The position numbers and the translations under genes are program-made. The notes under the pieces were generated by a model, which did not search any database, had not been told where the DNA came from, and was given only the letters and a program-made list of their open reading frames with translations. Positions 13,283 to 24,196 of a stretch of 64,000 nucleotides of DNA are shown here, one piece after another. Positions within the stretch are counted from its first letter, which is position 1. The number at the start of each line of letters is the position of its first letter. Location: the NCBI RefSeq assembly GCF_006345805.1, contig NC_043005.1, positions 106,640,001 through 106,704,000 on the forward strand. Direction: 5' to 3'. The DNA comes from Octopus sinensis (taxonomy: Eukaryota).

Positions 13283-13699
13283 GTATATATATATATATGT
13301 ATACGTATGTGTTTGTATAAATGCTTATATGTATGCATGCTTCTCTGTCTCTGTCTGTCTCTCTGTATTCCTCTGTGTATGTAATACACAAACATATATG
13401 CGCACACACATATATACATCTACATGCGTGTGTGAGTGAGTGTGTGTGTATGTGTGTGTGTGTGTGAGTGTAGTAATGGACGCGCACCCTTGAGGTAAAG
13501 CATATATGAAGACGAAAATGAGTGCGAAGACAATAAATATCAAGTGAATAAAGGAAAACGAGGATTAATATGAAGACGACGAAAATGACGATGATGGTTA
13601 GGAGGAGGAGGAGGAGGAGGAGAAGGGAGAGAACAGGGAGAAGCGGAGCAGGATAATGGCCGGGGAGTGGTGATGATGATGATTATTGATGGTGATTAT

Positions 13700-13720
13700 C
13701 TTACTACAACAACAACCACA

Positions 13721-13769
<49 letters not shown>

Positions 13770-13809
13770 CTACTACTACTACTCCTACTACTACTACTAC
13801 TACTACTAT

Positions 13810-13878
<69 letters not shown>

Positions 13879-13905
13879 AAATAATAATAATAATTATAAT
13901 AATGA
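13700..13905. repeat. (ACT)n then (AAT)n microsatellite at the 3' junction of a Tx1-like element
   Basis: Directly visible. Confidence 0.95.
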
Positions 13906-13914
13906 TAGTATTTT

Positions 13915-15475
13915 TTATCATTATTCTTTTATTAGCCACTGCGGCATAGATGAGGGGGGGGACATCACAAGGACAGACAACAATTTGTTTGGGGATTTCC
14001 ATAAAAGATGAAGAGAAAGAAATGGAAAAAATTATGAACAGCAATAAAATTATATACAGAATATATAAAGTATGTCATAACATAAAAGATGCAGTCTTTC
14101 TGAAACTCCAACTAAGGCCAATCAAAAAACCCTACAGGTCCAGGATTACTCTGACCACCAAAAGCACGAGCCCTCTCTCCTACTCTCTAATCTACAAGCC
14201 TATTCTTAGAGTAGAGCCATTCAGTCTAACCCTTTACACCCCTGTCACCCATCTTTTCACAAATTCATTGGGAGGTAGCACTTGCTTCATCACTCTCACT
14301 TTCCTTTCCAAGTAGGAGTTAATTAAGCCGATGAGAGCTTGACTGAAAAGGAAGGTGTCTTTCCTCATTGCTTTCAGCTACGTCCACCGCACAGCCTCTT
14401 TCGTCAGAGCCACTGGACTGAAGAACATCTGTCTTGCCTTGTTAAAGGTTGTTGTTGGGGATAGTTCGGCTGATAGTTGGATTCGTCCTACAGCTGTTCA
14501 ACATAACTCTACAAGTCAGCTATACATGGACACTGCACGAGTGCATGCAGAACAGTTTCATCGCTCTGCGTGTATCTCAGACACTTCAACCTGACAGCAC
14601 TTCAGTGCCTATAGAGTTTATCTCAAACTGGTAGTGCTCCCCGGTAGCGCTGCCAGACGAAGGATTTCTGGAAGTTATCCATCGTAGTACAGGGTCCGAA
14701 ACTCCTCCGAATTAGACAAGCTAGTTCATCTTCGGCGAAACCTAGAGTTTCTCCGAGAACGTCATCGCTTATTACCCACCACTAGATTACTATATATTGC
14801 AACCGTAGAAATTTGACAGACTCTGTTACCCGACTGGTAAAAAACAGTGAGTGCCTGATGATATTCCAGATGTTAGGTGTCTAATACTGATCTTTTCAAG
14901 ACCCAGGACCGCAGCTCCACCAAAGAGATGAACTGTGGAAGAGCCTGTCCTACAAATTGAGACCATGCTGACTTTCTGTTCAAAATATATTATAAGTGAC
15001 GTAGTTGCAAAGCATGTCTGCGCATTAGCAAACATGGCATGCCAAACTCGCTATCCAGATGGCGTTAGCAACAGATGGACCGCCTGACCAGTGGAACGTA
15101 ACGTTTCCACGGGAAGTGGTAAAGTCCGACCAAACGTTGACTGGGGCAAGGTACGACGGTCAGGCGATAAGTTATTAAAGAGGCAATGTGTGCACTTGCC
15201 ACCTTTACTCACCGTTTCAGGGATAATTTCCTCTCGGCCAATTTCTGAGTGAGACTAACCACTCCTTTTGTAACCTCATCCTAGGTTTTGCTCACATCCA
15301 GGAGGTCAGGACCACACCAGACACCAAGCAATTTCAATGGTCCCTCTGTCTATTGACGTATTGTGCTGTTCGTTGCCATAGCCTTGTTACATCAGTTGCT
15401 GAGCCGCAGGCCTACCGACTTGTTTTGATTTGTCTTAGCTCCTACCATCGCCCCATATATCTTTTTAAACTTTCT
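13915..15475 (-). mobile_element. 5'-truncated, degraded Tx1-like LINE (post-RT region, zinc-binding domain, 3'UTR)
   Basis: Minus-strand pieces KSVGLRLSN, GPLKLLGVWCGPDL, MDNFQKSFVWQRYRGALPV, QSDETVLHALVQCP and ERKVRVMKQVLPPNEFVKRWV align to ORF 26757-27416. Ends in GTGGCTAATAAAAGAA. Confidence 0.85.
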
Positions 15476-15513
15476 ACTACTACTTTTTACTACTACTACT
15501 GCCGCTGCTGCTG

Positions 15514-15560
<47 letters not shown>

Positions 15561-15606
15561 GCTGCTACATCTACTACAACAACAAATAATAATAATAATA
15601 ATAATG

Positions 15607-15650
<44 letters not shown>

Positions 15651-15657
15651 GATGATA

Positions 15658-15741
<84 letters not shown>

Positions 15742-15747
<6 letters not shown>

Positions 15748-16345
15748 GCCCTGATGCAATATAAATGCCCTGATGCAGTACCATAAATGCCCTGATGCAG
15801 TACCAGGCAGTGGCTCTCATGCCTTCTGAACTTAACTGATTGGTAGTGTTATCATGTACATTGTTTTGTCTTGGTATAAAATATGGGCTACAGCAAATAT
15901 TCTGCTCAATACCACAGATTTGCTTGTCAGTTGTTTGACCTTAACCAGTTGAGCCTGTCCCTTAGTGGCTGACGATATGTACATCTCTGATCACGAGCAG
16001 AAGTAGTGGGGGAGCATCATAGCCATGTGTTAAGAGGGATTCTTTGGGGTTTGAATAATTCACCTCTGGAAACATGGGTGTTTCGTTCAACGTCCTTAAA
16101 CAACCCTTATTCAGGGACCTTTTGAGCGGGATGGGTTACTCGATCTGAAGAAAATTCTAACTGGGCTCCACCTGCAAGGTCATGTGCTGTTTATCTTGAT
16201 ATGAGATGACCATGTCGCGCACATATGGTTGTGATGCATGTGCCTGATGTACCCTTATCAGACGGGTAGTCATGATGGGTATATTGGGCTTCGTATATCT
16301 TACCCCAGTGTCACTTTGATGGCATGCACTGCTCTCTCACTCAAT
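15742..16345. mobile_element. ~600-bp non-coding interspersed-type repeat embedded in (AAT)n, copy 1
   Basis: Duplicated at 16362-16864; both copies end CTCACTCAATA followed by (AAT)n; triplicated ATAAATGCCCTGATGCA at the left end. Confidence 0.7.
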
Positions 16346-16361
16346 AATAATAATAATAATT

Positions 16362-16864
16362 ATGATCTTAACTGATTGGAAGTGTTATCATGTACATTGT
16401 TTTGTCTTGGTATAAAAGATGGGCTACAGCAAATATTCTGCTCAATACCACAGATTTGCTTGTCAGTTGTTTGACCATAACCAGTTGAGCATGTCCCTTA
16501 GTGGCTGACGATATGTGCATCTCTGATCACGAGCAGAAGTAGTGGGGGAGCATCATAGCCATGTGTTGAGAGGGATTCTTTGGGGTTTGAATAATTCACC
16601 TCTGGAAACATGGGTGTTTCGTTCAACGTCCTTAAACAACCCTTATTCAGGGACCTTTTGAGCGGGATGGGTTACTCGATCTGAAGAAAATTCTAACTGG
16701 GCTCCACCTGCAAGGTCATGTGCTGTTTATCTTGATATGAGATCACCATGTCGCGCACATATGGTTGTGATGCATGTGCCTGGTGTAGTCATGATGGGTA
16801 TACTGGGCTTCGTATATTTTACCCCAGTGTCACTTTGATGGCATGCTCTGCTCGCTCACTCAAT
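16362..16864. mobile_element. Second, left-truncated copy of the (AAT)n-embedded repeat
   Basis: Highly similar to 15826-16345, with scattered substitutions and one ~17-bp deletion. Confidence 0.75.
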
Positions 16865-17034
16865 ACTTATAATAATAATAATAATAATAATAATAATTAG
16901 CTGGCAGAAAAATAACCCAGATCTGGATATATCGATAGACCCCCGACAAATTAGTTAACATAAAGAGATACATTCTCAAAACAAAAAAGAAGATATTAGA
17001 AATCGAAACTGAGAATTTAATGGGAAAAACTATA

Positions 17035-17810
17035 CCATCGACCCACCTGTCTAGCGATCTATTATGCCGTTCGATGGCATAGGCTTGCCTCTCCAGTTGC
17101 CGAGTCGCAAGCCCACCGATATGTCTGGATTTATCTTTCTTCCTGTCATCGTCTCGTATGTCTCACTCGTATACAGTGAAGTCAGCTACTTACCGTTTGT
17201 GATGTCATCCATATGCACCTACACAGCTCCCTGCATCACAATAAAAATTTTCTTGTCTCTCAAAAGTTCTAGCTTCCGCAGCAATGTCTCGAGGACCAGT
17301 ATGGAGAGCTGAGGTGAGATAGGATACCACTGACGAACCAAGCGTGCTATGCGAAAAAGTTCCGAGAGGTGGTTGCTCACGTTGACCATCGAGCAAGCGC
17401 CTCTCTTCATTGCTGTGGACCAGTATCTGCAAACAGGTCCGAAACAGACTATTTTTAAGACTGCTGCGAAGTAGCGATGATTGACCCCGCCTATCGTAAG
17501 CTTTCGAATGATCCCAATTGATCAAGGCTCCACTAACGACAGATTTGTTTGCTGTTCTCTCTTTGATGTATCACATGAAGTGGTGGTTGTCGTAGGTGGA
17601 TCGATTGGGTGTCACATACGTTTGTGCTTCTCCAACCAAATGACTTATGTCAAGTGCTGGATCTTTGTTAACACCCTGATCAAATTCTGCGTTTAACAGA
17701 GTTATGAACCGGAAACTCTCAGTAATACCCCCTTTATGGGCGTACTTTGTCACCAAACGTCTTGAGTTAAAATCTACAAATTCTGTCGTTTTTCTACCTG
17801 TTCCGAAAGA
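17035..17810 (-). pseudogene. Degraded Tx1/L1-type reverse transcriptase fragment
   Basis: INWDHSKAYDR (DxxKAFD), LVRQWYPISPQLSILVLETLLRKL (VRQGCPLSP), an AY.DDIT remnant and ISVGLRLGNW. Confidence 0.8.
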
Positions 17811-17838
17811 CATTTTACAAGACATTTTACAAGAGGTT

Positions 17839-17959
17839 GCCTCGTGGAGCTTTAGGTGTTTTTGATCAATAAACACACACAACGCCCGGTCTGGAAATCG
17901 AAACTGCGATACACCGACCGCGAGTCCGCTGCTCTAACTATTGGGCCATTGTGCCTCCA
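17839..17959 (-). mobile_element. SINE family B head
   Basis: Reverse complement of 8556-8680. Confidence 0.8.
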
Positions 17960-18309
17960 TTGATGTTGCAGTTATTTCCTTTAGTGATTTTCTTGTAGGT
18001 GAACGTGTGTATTCTCTTGTCATATTTTGCAGGAAGCAATGTGGTTGTGATTTTGGGACTTGTTGCATATGTTGTTCTTGGTGCTCATTCGGTGCATGCG
18101 TTGGTGGAAGGCAATTTTCAGTCACCTCCATATTTATCTCCGTCTGTGGTGAGGTTATGGCATTCCCCCGTTTGTTTGGGGCTTTTCTTGTGACGACTTC
18201 ATATTCCCTGGAGTCTTTGCTTTTCTCTTCATTATTTGATAACAGGTCACTGGGAGAAGGCGAAATACACATTTACGGCGATTTTGCGTATGTGCACATT
18301 TTGAGTGTT

Positions 18310-18629
18310 TAGATCGACTCCAGTATACTACTGGTACTTTAATTTCTCGACCCCGAAAGGATGAAAGGCAAAGTCGACCTCGGCAGAATTTGAACTCAAA
18401 ACATAAAGACAGACAAAATACCTATTTCTTCACAACCCACAATGGGCTAAACACAGAGGACAAACGGATTAAGTCGATTATATCGACCCCAGTGCGTAAC
18501 TGGTACTTATTTAATCGACCCCGAAATGATGAAAAGCAAAGTCGACCTCGGCGGAATTTGAACTCAGAACGTAACGGCAGCGCGAAGCATTTTGCCCGGC
18601 GTGCTAACGTTTCTGCCAGCTCGTCGCCT

Positions 18630-18631
<2 letters not shown>
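18310..18631 (-). mobile_element. tRNA-derived SINE, family A (GGCGGCGAGCTGGCAGAAACG head), with partial second body
   Basis: Matches about 14 copies in the window; B box GAGTTCAAATTCC and central GCCTTTCATCCTTTCGGGGTCGATAAATTAAGTACCAG. Confidence 0.85.
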
Positions 18632-18682
<51 letters not shown>

Positions 18683-18714
18683 ATAATAATTTTCTCTCTT
18701 TCTTTCTTTTTTAC

Positions 18715-19006
18715 TACCAGGCTATCAGATGTTGCTACACATCGCTGGTCACAATGCGCTTCGCATTGTTTTAGCCTTCAAATGACGCCACCCCGCTGGC
18801 TAAGCGAGCAGGCCAACAGAAGAAAGAGAGAGAGAATGTTGTGGTGAAAGAGTACAGCGGGGATCACCACCACCCCCTGCTGGAGCATCGTGGAGCTTTA
18901 GGTGTTTTCGCTCAATAAACACTCTCTACGCCCGGTCTGGGAATCGAAACCGCGATCCTACGACTGCAAGTTCGCTGCCCTAACCACTGGGCCATTGCGC
19001 CTCCAC
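18715..19006 (-). mobile_element. SINE family B, alternative 3' body
   Basis: Head matches the 8556 copy; tail is unrelated to it. Confidence 0.82.
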
Positions 19007-19027
19007 ATAATAATAATAATAGTGATG

Positions 19028-19440
19028 ATTTCATTTATCTGCCACTGGGGCGAAGGATGAGGATGGCAATACAAAGACAGACATGAAGTGTGGGGGTTTG
19101 CAAATAATGAAACGAAAAACATCAATTATCAAATAAAAGAATCCAAGGTATAGACTGAAAAGGAAGGGACATATACATAGTATGCAAAGGTTAAAAAAAT
19201 GATGGGGAGGAGGAGGATAGAGATGTAGCCCTCCTGATACAGGAGGATCTCTAGGGAATTATCAAGGAACCCCACTGCCCGATATTTCCCTGAACACCAA
19301 GAGCAAGTGCTCTCTCCACTTCCTCTCTCTGACTCACAGGTCTACACAGAGAGAGGTACCATTCACTCTTGCTATTTTCGTAGCTTTCACCCACCCTTCA
19401 ATAAACTCACTCGGGGACACCACTTCCCTCTCCACTCTCA
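19028..19440 (-). mobile_element. Tx1-like LINE 3' end
   Basis: LRVEREVVSPSEFIEGWVKATKIARVNGTSL* aligns with the C-terminus of ORF 26757-27416. Tail GCCCCAGTGGCAGATAAATGAAA, then (ATT)n. Confidence 0.75.
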
Positions 19441-19568
19441 ATTATATTTTCAATAATAATTATTTGTTCATTATTTACAGAAAAATGACAAATGAATGAT
19501 GTTACAAAGGAAATTTGCAAAACAGGAGCTGCCACCAGCAGCAACAGCAGCTTGATATAAGCCCCCAT

Positions 19569-19985
19569 AAGGCGGCGAGCTGGCAGAAACGTTAGCACGC
19601 CGGGCGAAATGCGTAGCCGTATTTTGTCTGCCGTTACGTTCTGAGTTCAAATTCCACCGAGGTCGACTTTGCCTTTCATCCTTTCCGGGTCGATAAATTA
19701 AGTACCAGTTACGCACTGGGGTCGATGTAATCGACTTAATCCGTTTGTCTATCCTTGTTTGTCCCCTCTGTGTTTAGCCCCTTGTGGGTAGTAAAGAAAT
19801 AGGTATTTCTTCTGCTATTACGTTCTGAGTTCAAATTCCGCTGAGGTCGACTTTGTCTTTCATCCTTTCGGGGTATAGAAATTAAGTACCAGTTTCGCAC
19901 TGGGGTCGGTGTAATCGACTTAATCCGCTTGTCTGTCCTTGTTTGTAGCCTCTATGTTTAGCCCCTTGTGGGCAATAAAGAAATA
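19569..19985 (+). mobile_element. SINE family A, dimeric body
   Basis: Head plus two tandem bodies; flanking ATATAAGCCC duplication. Confidence 0.9.
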
Positions 19986-20404
19986 TAAGCCCACGTATAT
20001 GAAAATCTCAGACACAATTTGTCTGCATGGAAGGCGGTTTCGTATTTGGTTCAAATCTCAAAGAGTTCCGCCTTGGATACTATAGGTGTAATCTGAAGGA
20101 TTAAGTGCTGCCGATCCGTTATCATAGGCTGGTCATGGTTTCCTTGAACTTGTTCACAATCCCTGTTCACCGGGCTGAGTTTCTTTAGAAAAGATTCTAC
20201 TATCGCTTTTCCTTGATGCCCACAAATTTCCTAAGAACATCATCGTTCGTGCTCGATACCAGCCCCTTAGTGAGAGCAAGCATTGACAACAAGCTGGGAG
20301 CCTGAAAACAACTCTGCTGACAAGCGACTAATCTCAGCCATCACTTAAAAAACAAGTTTGCAAAAACAACTGTAACAACATCAGCAATTACAATAATCCT
20401 TTCA

Positions 20405-20545
20405 ACTATAGGCACAAACCCTAAAATTTGCGGGGAGGAGACCATTCAATTACGTTGGCCCCAGTACTTGACTGGTACTTAATTTATCGACCCCGAAAGG
20501 ATGAAAGGCAAAGTTGACTTTGGTGGAATTTGAACTCAGAACGTA
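20405..20545 (-). mobile_element. SINE family A fragment with alternative tail
   Basis: Central domain present; tail like 44375-44510. Confidence 0.7.
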
Positions 20546-20668
20546 GTGATAATAACAGCACTATTTTCCCACGTATCCTACCAATACCTACCTATCTACA
20601 TGCATTCATACATACACATAGTTATATATGTATATATACATGAATACATATGTATGTGTGTATGTATA

Positions 20669-20803
<135 letters not shown>

Positions 20804-21180
20804 TCATATGTATATGTATGCATATACATATATGTAGAGATAGATAGATAGAGAGAGATGGATAGATATGCATACACGATATATATAAACATATATTTAT
20901 GCGTGTATATAAAAATAAACACACGCATACATTTACACACACACACACATATACCATAATATAGTGCATACACATAGAGAGACGCATGTATATACACACT
21001 TCATAAACATTTATACGTGTGTGTGTATGTGTGTATATGTGTGCAAATATATATGTATATATATAAATACATACATACACACATATATACATACATATGC
21101 ATAAATGTATGAATGCATATGCGACTATGTATGGATATAAAGGTTCACACACACACACACATGTATATGTGTAAGAATAA

Positions 21181-21215
<35 letters not shown>

Positions 21216-21504
21216 CATATATATATTGCAAATGTAGATTGCTTAAAAGACAAAGCAATTAAACCCAAAAAGAAATTTGAATTGTTATAGAAGCGTTATC
21301 AATTGGCGTGAGCTTCAACGCTGGTGTTCGAAAGTTAAATGTTGATTCAAAAAACCACCTTAGGCATCAATAAATCTTCCATTTTCAAGCAAACTCTACA
21401 AACCAACGACTGAAAAATCATAATAAATCTCAGGAAAAAAATGTAAACACCTTTAGCTATATTGTTTTATTTTGCGTATAATACACATACATGTATTCAC
21501 TTAC

Positions 21505-21637
21505 ATGTATATAGTCTTATATTTTCTGATCAACGTATTGTTTATTTTTCGTCGGTCATCATTATTTTTCTGCCGTTGCACTGTGACAACACTTCCAGCA
21601 CACTCACACAAAACCACACACAATCGCAAACAAACAA
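21505..21637 (-). other. Candidate exon (133 nt) of an unidentified host transcript
   Basis: Pyrimidine tract plus TTTTCAG acceptor and AT|GTAAGT donor in unique sequence; one frame is open. Confidence 0.35.
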
Positions 21638-21840
21638 CTGAAAATAAACTAAAAAATAAAAAAGAACAATAAAGAAAATTTCGATGAAATTTTATGTTTT
21701 TCCTTTTGTTATAGTTCTAAAATCTGTTTTGCTTTTTATTCTTGTCATACGTACTTTGTTAGAATTTGCAACTAATAATAAAGAATCTGAAGATATACGT
21801 ACACATACACATATATATATATATACATAAATGCATATAT

Positions 21841-21912
<72 letters not shown>

Positions 21913-23051
21913 CATTTGTATGTATGTAGGTAGGTATGTATATATGTATATATATGTAACATCGGATTGTAAACTAAAAGATGTTTTCAATAAAATGCGT
22001 TAGCTCATTTTATTTTTAATAACGAAAATGTTGTATGTTTGTAGGGTTAGTTTGTGTATTCTTGTTACTTTTACAATATTTTTAATGTTATTTAATCTTT
22101 GTATTTTATTCATTTTCATTTTAATTTTTCTTGCATTGCTTTTTCATTCAAATATGTAAACATTAATACCAGCGATAAGTGTCAAAACAATAAACAAATG
22201 TGTGTAAAAACCGACAAAAATACTTTCTACAACATGGACACCTATGTCTTCCTTGAAGGAATTAGAAATAGGTATATAAGTTTATATATTTTATTTTTAA
22301 ATGTGTGAAAAATAATATAAAACAATGGATAAGAAATAGGGAAATCTTTAAAACATTTTCTCTCTAGGGCTCTACTTGACTTTAATGCGATTCACTGGAG
22401 CAGCAGATAAAATTTAAGATGGCCGTTAAAAATTAATAAAACCGAGTTGGCCTAAAGGAAGTTTCTGTGTTGCAATTTGGTTTAAAAAATATTCTTCACT
22501 CTGGACGATTTTTATTCCCCTATTTTCTTATTCTCCTGAAATTTTCGCCTGTAGCAGAAACAATGATGAAATATTACACAAAAGAAAGAAAAAAAATGTA
22601 AAGTATGTGAAAAGGGGGAAAACAGATAAGGAGAAATATAAAGAAAGGTGGTGTTAAATTTGGCGGTGGAGAGTTAAAAAAGTTAAAGAAATAGTATGCA
22701 GAATAAATTAGAAGTAAAACACAGTAGAACAAAAGAAAAAAAATAGAATTAAGGTTTTTTGTTTCTAATAACACTAAAACAGGTCGCATTTTTTGAGGGC
22801 GCAATGAGATTTTGAAACGCTTCTTTTATAACTACAATGACAATAACAACGAAAATGGTGATGATGGTAAAGTTCTTTAACTGTTCTTAAATGGGCACAA
22901 AAGACAGAGAAAAGAAACAGCGATTTATCCTTATAATGAACTTCCTCAGGGCACTGATACAGTTCTCAAGCGAGAATCGAAAGGAGATTGTCTCAGTTCA
23001 CTGAAAGCTTTGTTCCAAACCATTTCACACGATAACCCAAGTAATCATTTC

Positions 23052-23474
23052 GGATCTTTTCGGTTTGAACGGCAGTTTTTAACATAATTTCTAGGTATCT
23101 AAAAAATTTTTAACTTCGTATACTGGTAGAATGTGTTTATAAAACATCTTTTTCTCTTGGCTTTATTGAAAAAATTCTATAGTTTGTAAGATATTTGCTG
23201 TTTTTTACTTCAATTTCTGCAATTTCAACCAATCAGTGACGTCTATTGAGTTAAAAAGCATTCTGTGCCGTATGAATATGTCCCTCGTTTAAGAAACAGA
23301 TTGGGTTTATTTACATTTGTGAAGAAAAAAGATACCCTTCCCCCCACTCTAACCCTAACTAACACTAACCCTAAAAGAGATTGAAATGCAATAGATCGAT
23401 TCCAGGGTCATAATTATGGGTGATAATTTAATATGACACCGCTAGAAAAACTGCCGTTCAAACCGAAAAGATCC
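23052..23474. mobile_element. MITE with 29-bp perfect TIRs and 8-bp TSD (Merlin-like GG termini)
   Basis: TIR GGATCTTTTCGGTTTGAACGGCAGTTTTT; TSD ATCATTTC at 23044-23051 and 23475-23482. Confidence 0.9.
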
Positions 23475-23969
23475 ATCATTTCTAGCATTGGCACAAGGAA
23501 TCATGCAGTCTATTAAGTCGATGCCAGTACTTGACTTATACTATAATTCATGAACCACTTCCGAACGTTATAAAAATACAATTTCTCTGACTATATCAAA
23601 CACTTGCTATCGTTGAAAGGAATATCAGAAAACTTGAGATTAGAGAATCGTCGCTTAAGTTGATCTACTAATTCATTAGGACTTATTTTTTTAACTGTAG
23701 ATAAAATGTTTACCCAATCCAATGAGATTTGAAACTAGAACCCTAACGTCTGTATCCAAACACGACAAATCGTTTTGGCTAATGACCTACTTCATTGAGC
23801 AACGGTCAAATTTTGTATTGGAATACAGTTGAATCATCCTCAGCGTCGTACTTGTTTGCATAGTATCAATAAAAGCTTTAGGTGGCGAATCGAAAGCGAT
23901 GCCATCGAAATATGAAGTCAGATCGAGCTTGTAACCCGAAAGACAGTATGAGAAAGAAGAATATTGAAC

Positions 23970-24196
23970 TATAATAATAATAATAATAATAATAATAATT
24001 GTGTACAGTGCTCAGGTGCACTACAACTCATCTAAAGTGTATATATAATCAGGTGTAGTTTCGGCGGATTTCGGAAAGCATGAGGGCCTTAAAGGATGCA
24101 GTGTCATGGCAGTCAACAACTGACGCAGGCAGTTTATTCTACGCTTCAGCAACTCTGAGCGTGAAAAAATGTTTCCGAAAGTCATGGGAGCTGTGT
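23970..24196 (-). mobile_element. CR1-type LINE 3' end with (ATT)n tail
   Basis: HDFRKHFFTLRVAEA*NKLPASVVDCHDTASFK matches the CR1 C-terminal FF..RV...WN.LP..VV......FK pattern. Confidence 0.8.

Noticed and set aside
15880-16300. Resemblance of the 31-bp satellite unit to ATATGGGCTACAGC and TATTGGGCTTCGTATA in the AAT-embedded repeat
   Set aside because: Short gapped matches 400 bp apart; cannot be distinguished from chance.
13915-17810. A single interrupted Tx1-like element
   Set aside because: Both fragments contain the SVGLRL segment with different sequence, so they are separate copies.
17934-18272. 112-aa ORF as a possible Tx1 ORF1 remnant
   Set aside because: Low-complexity, no diagnostic motif, and runs into a SINE.
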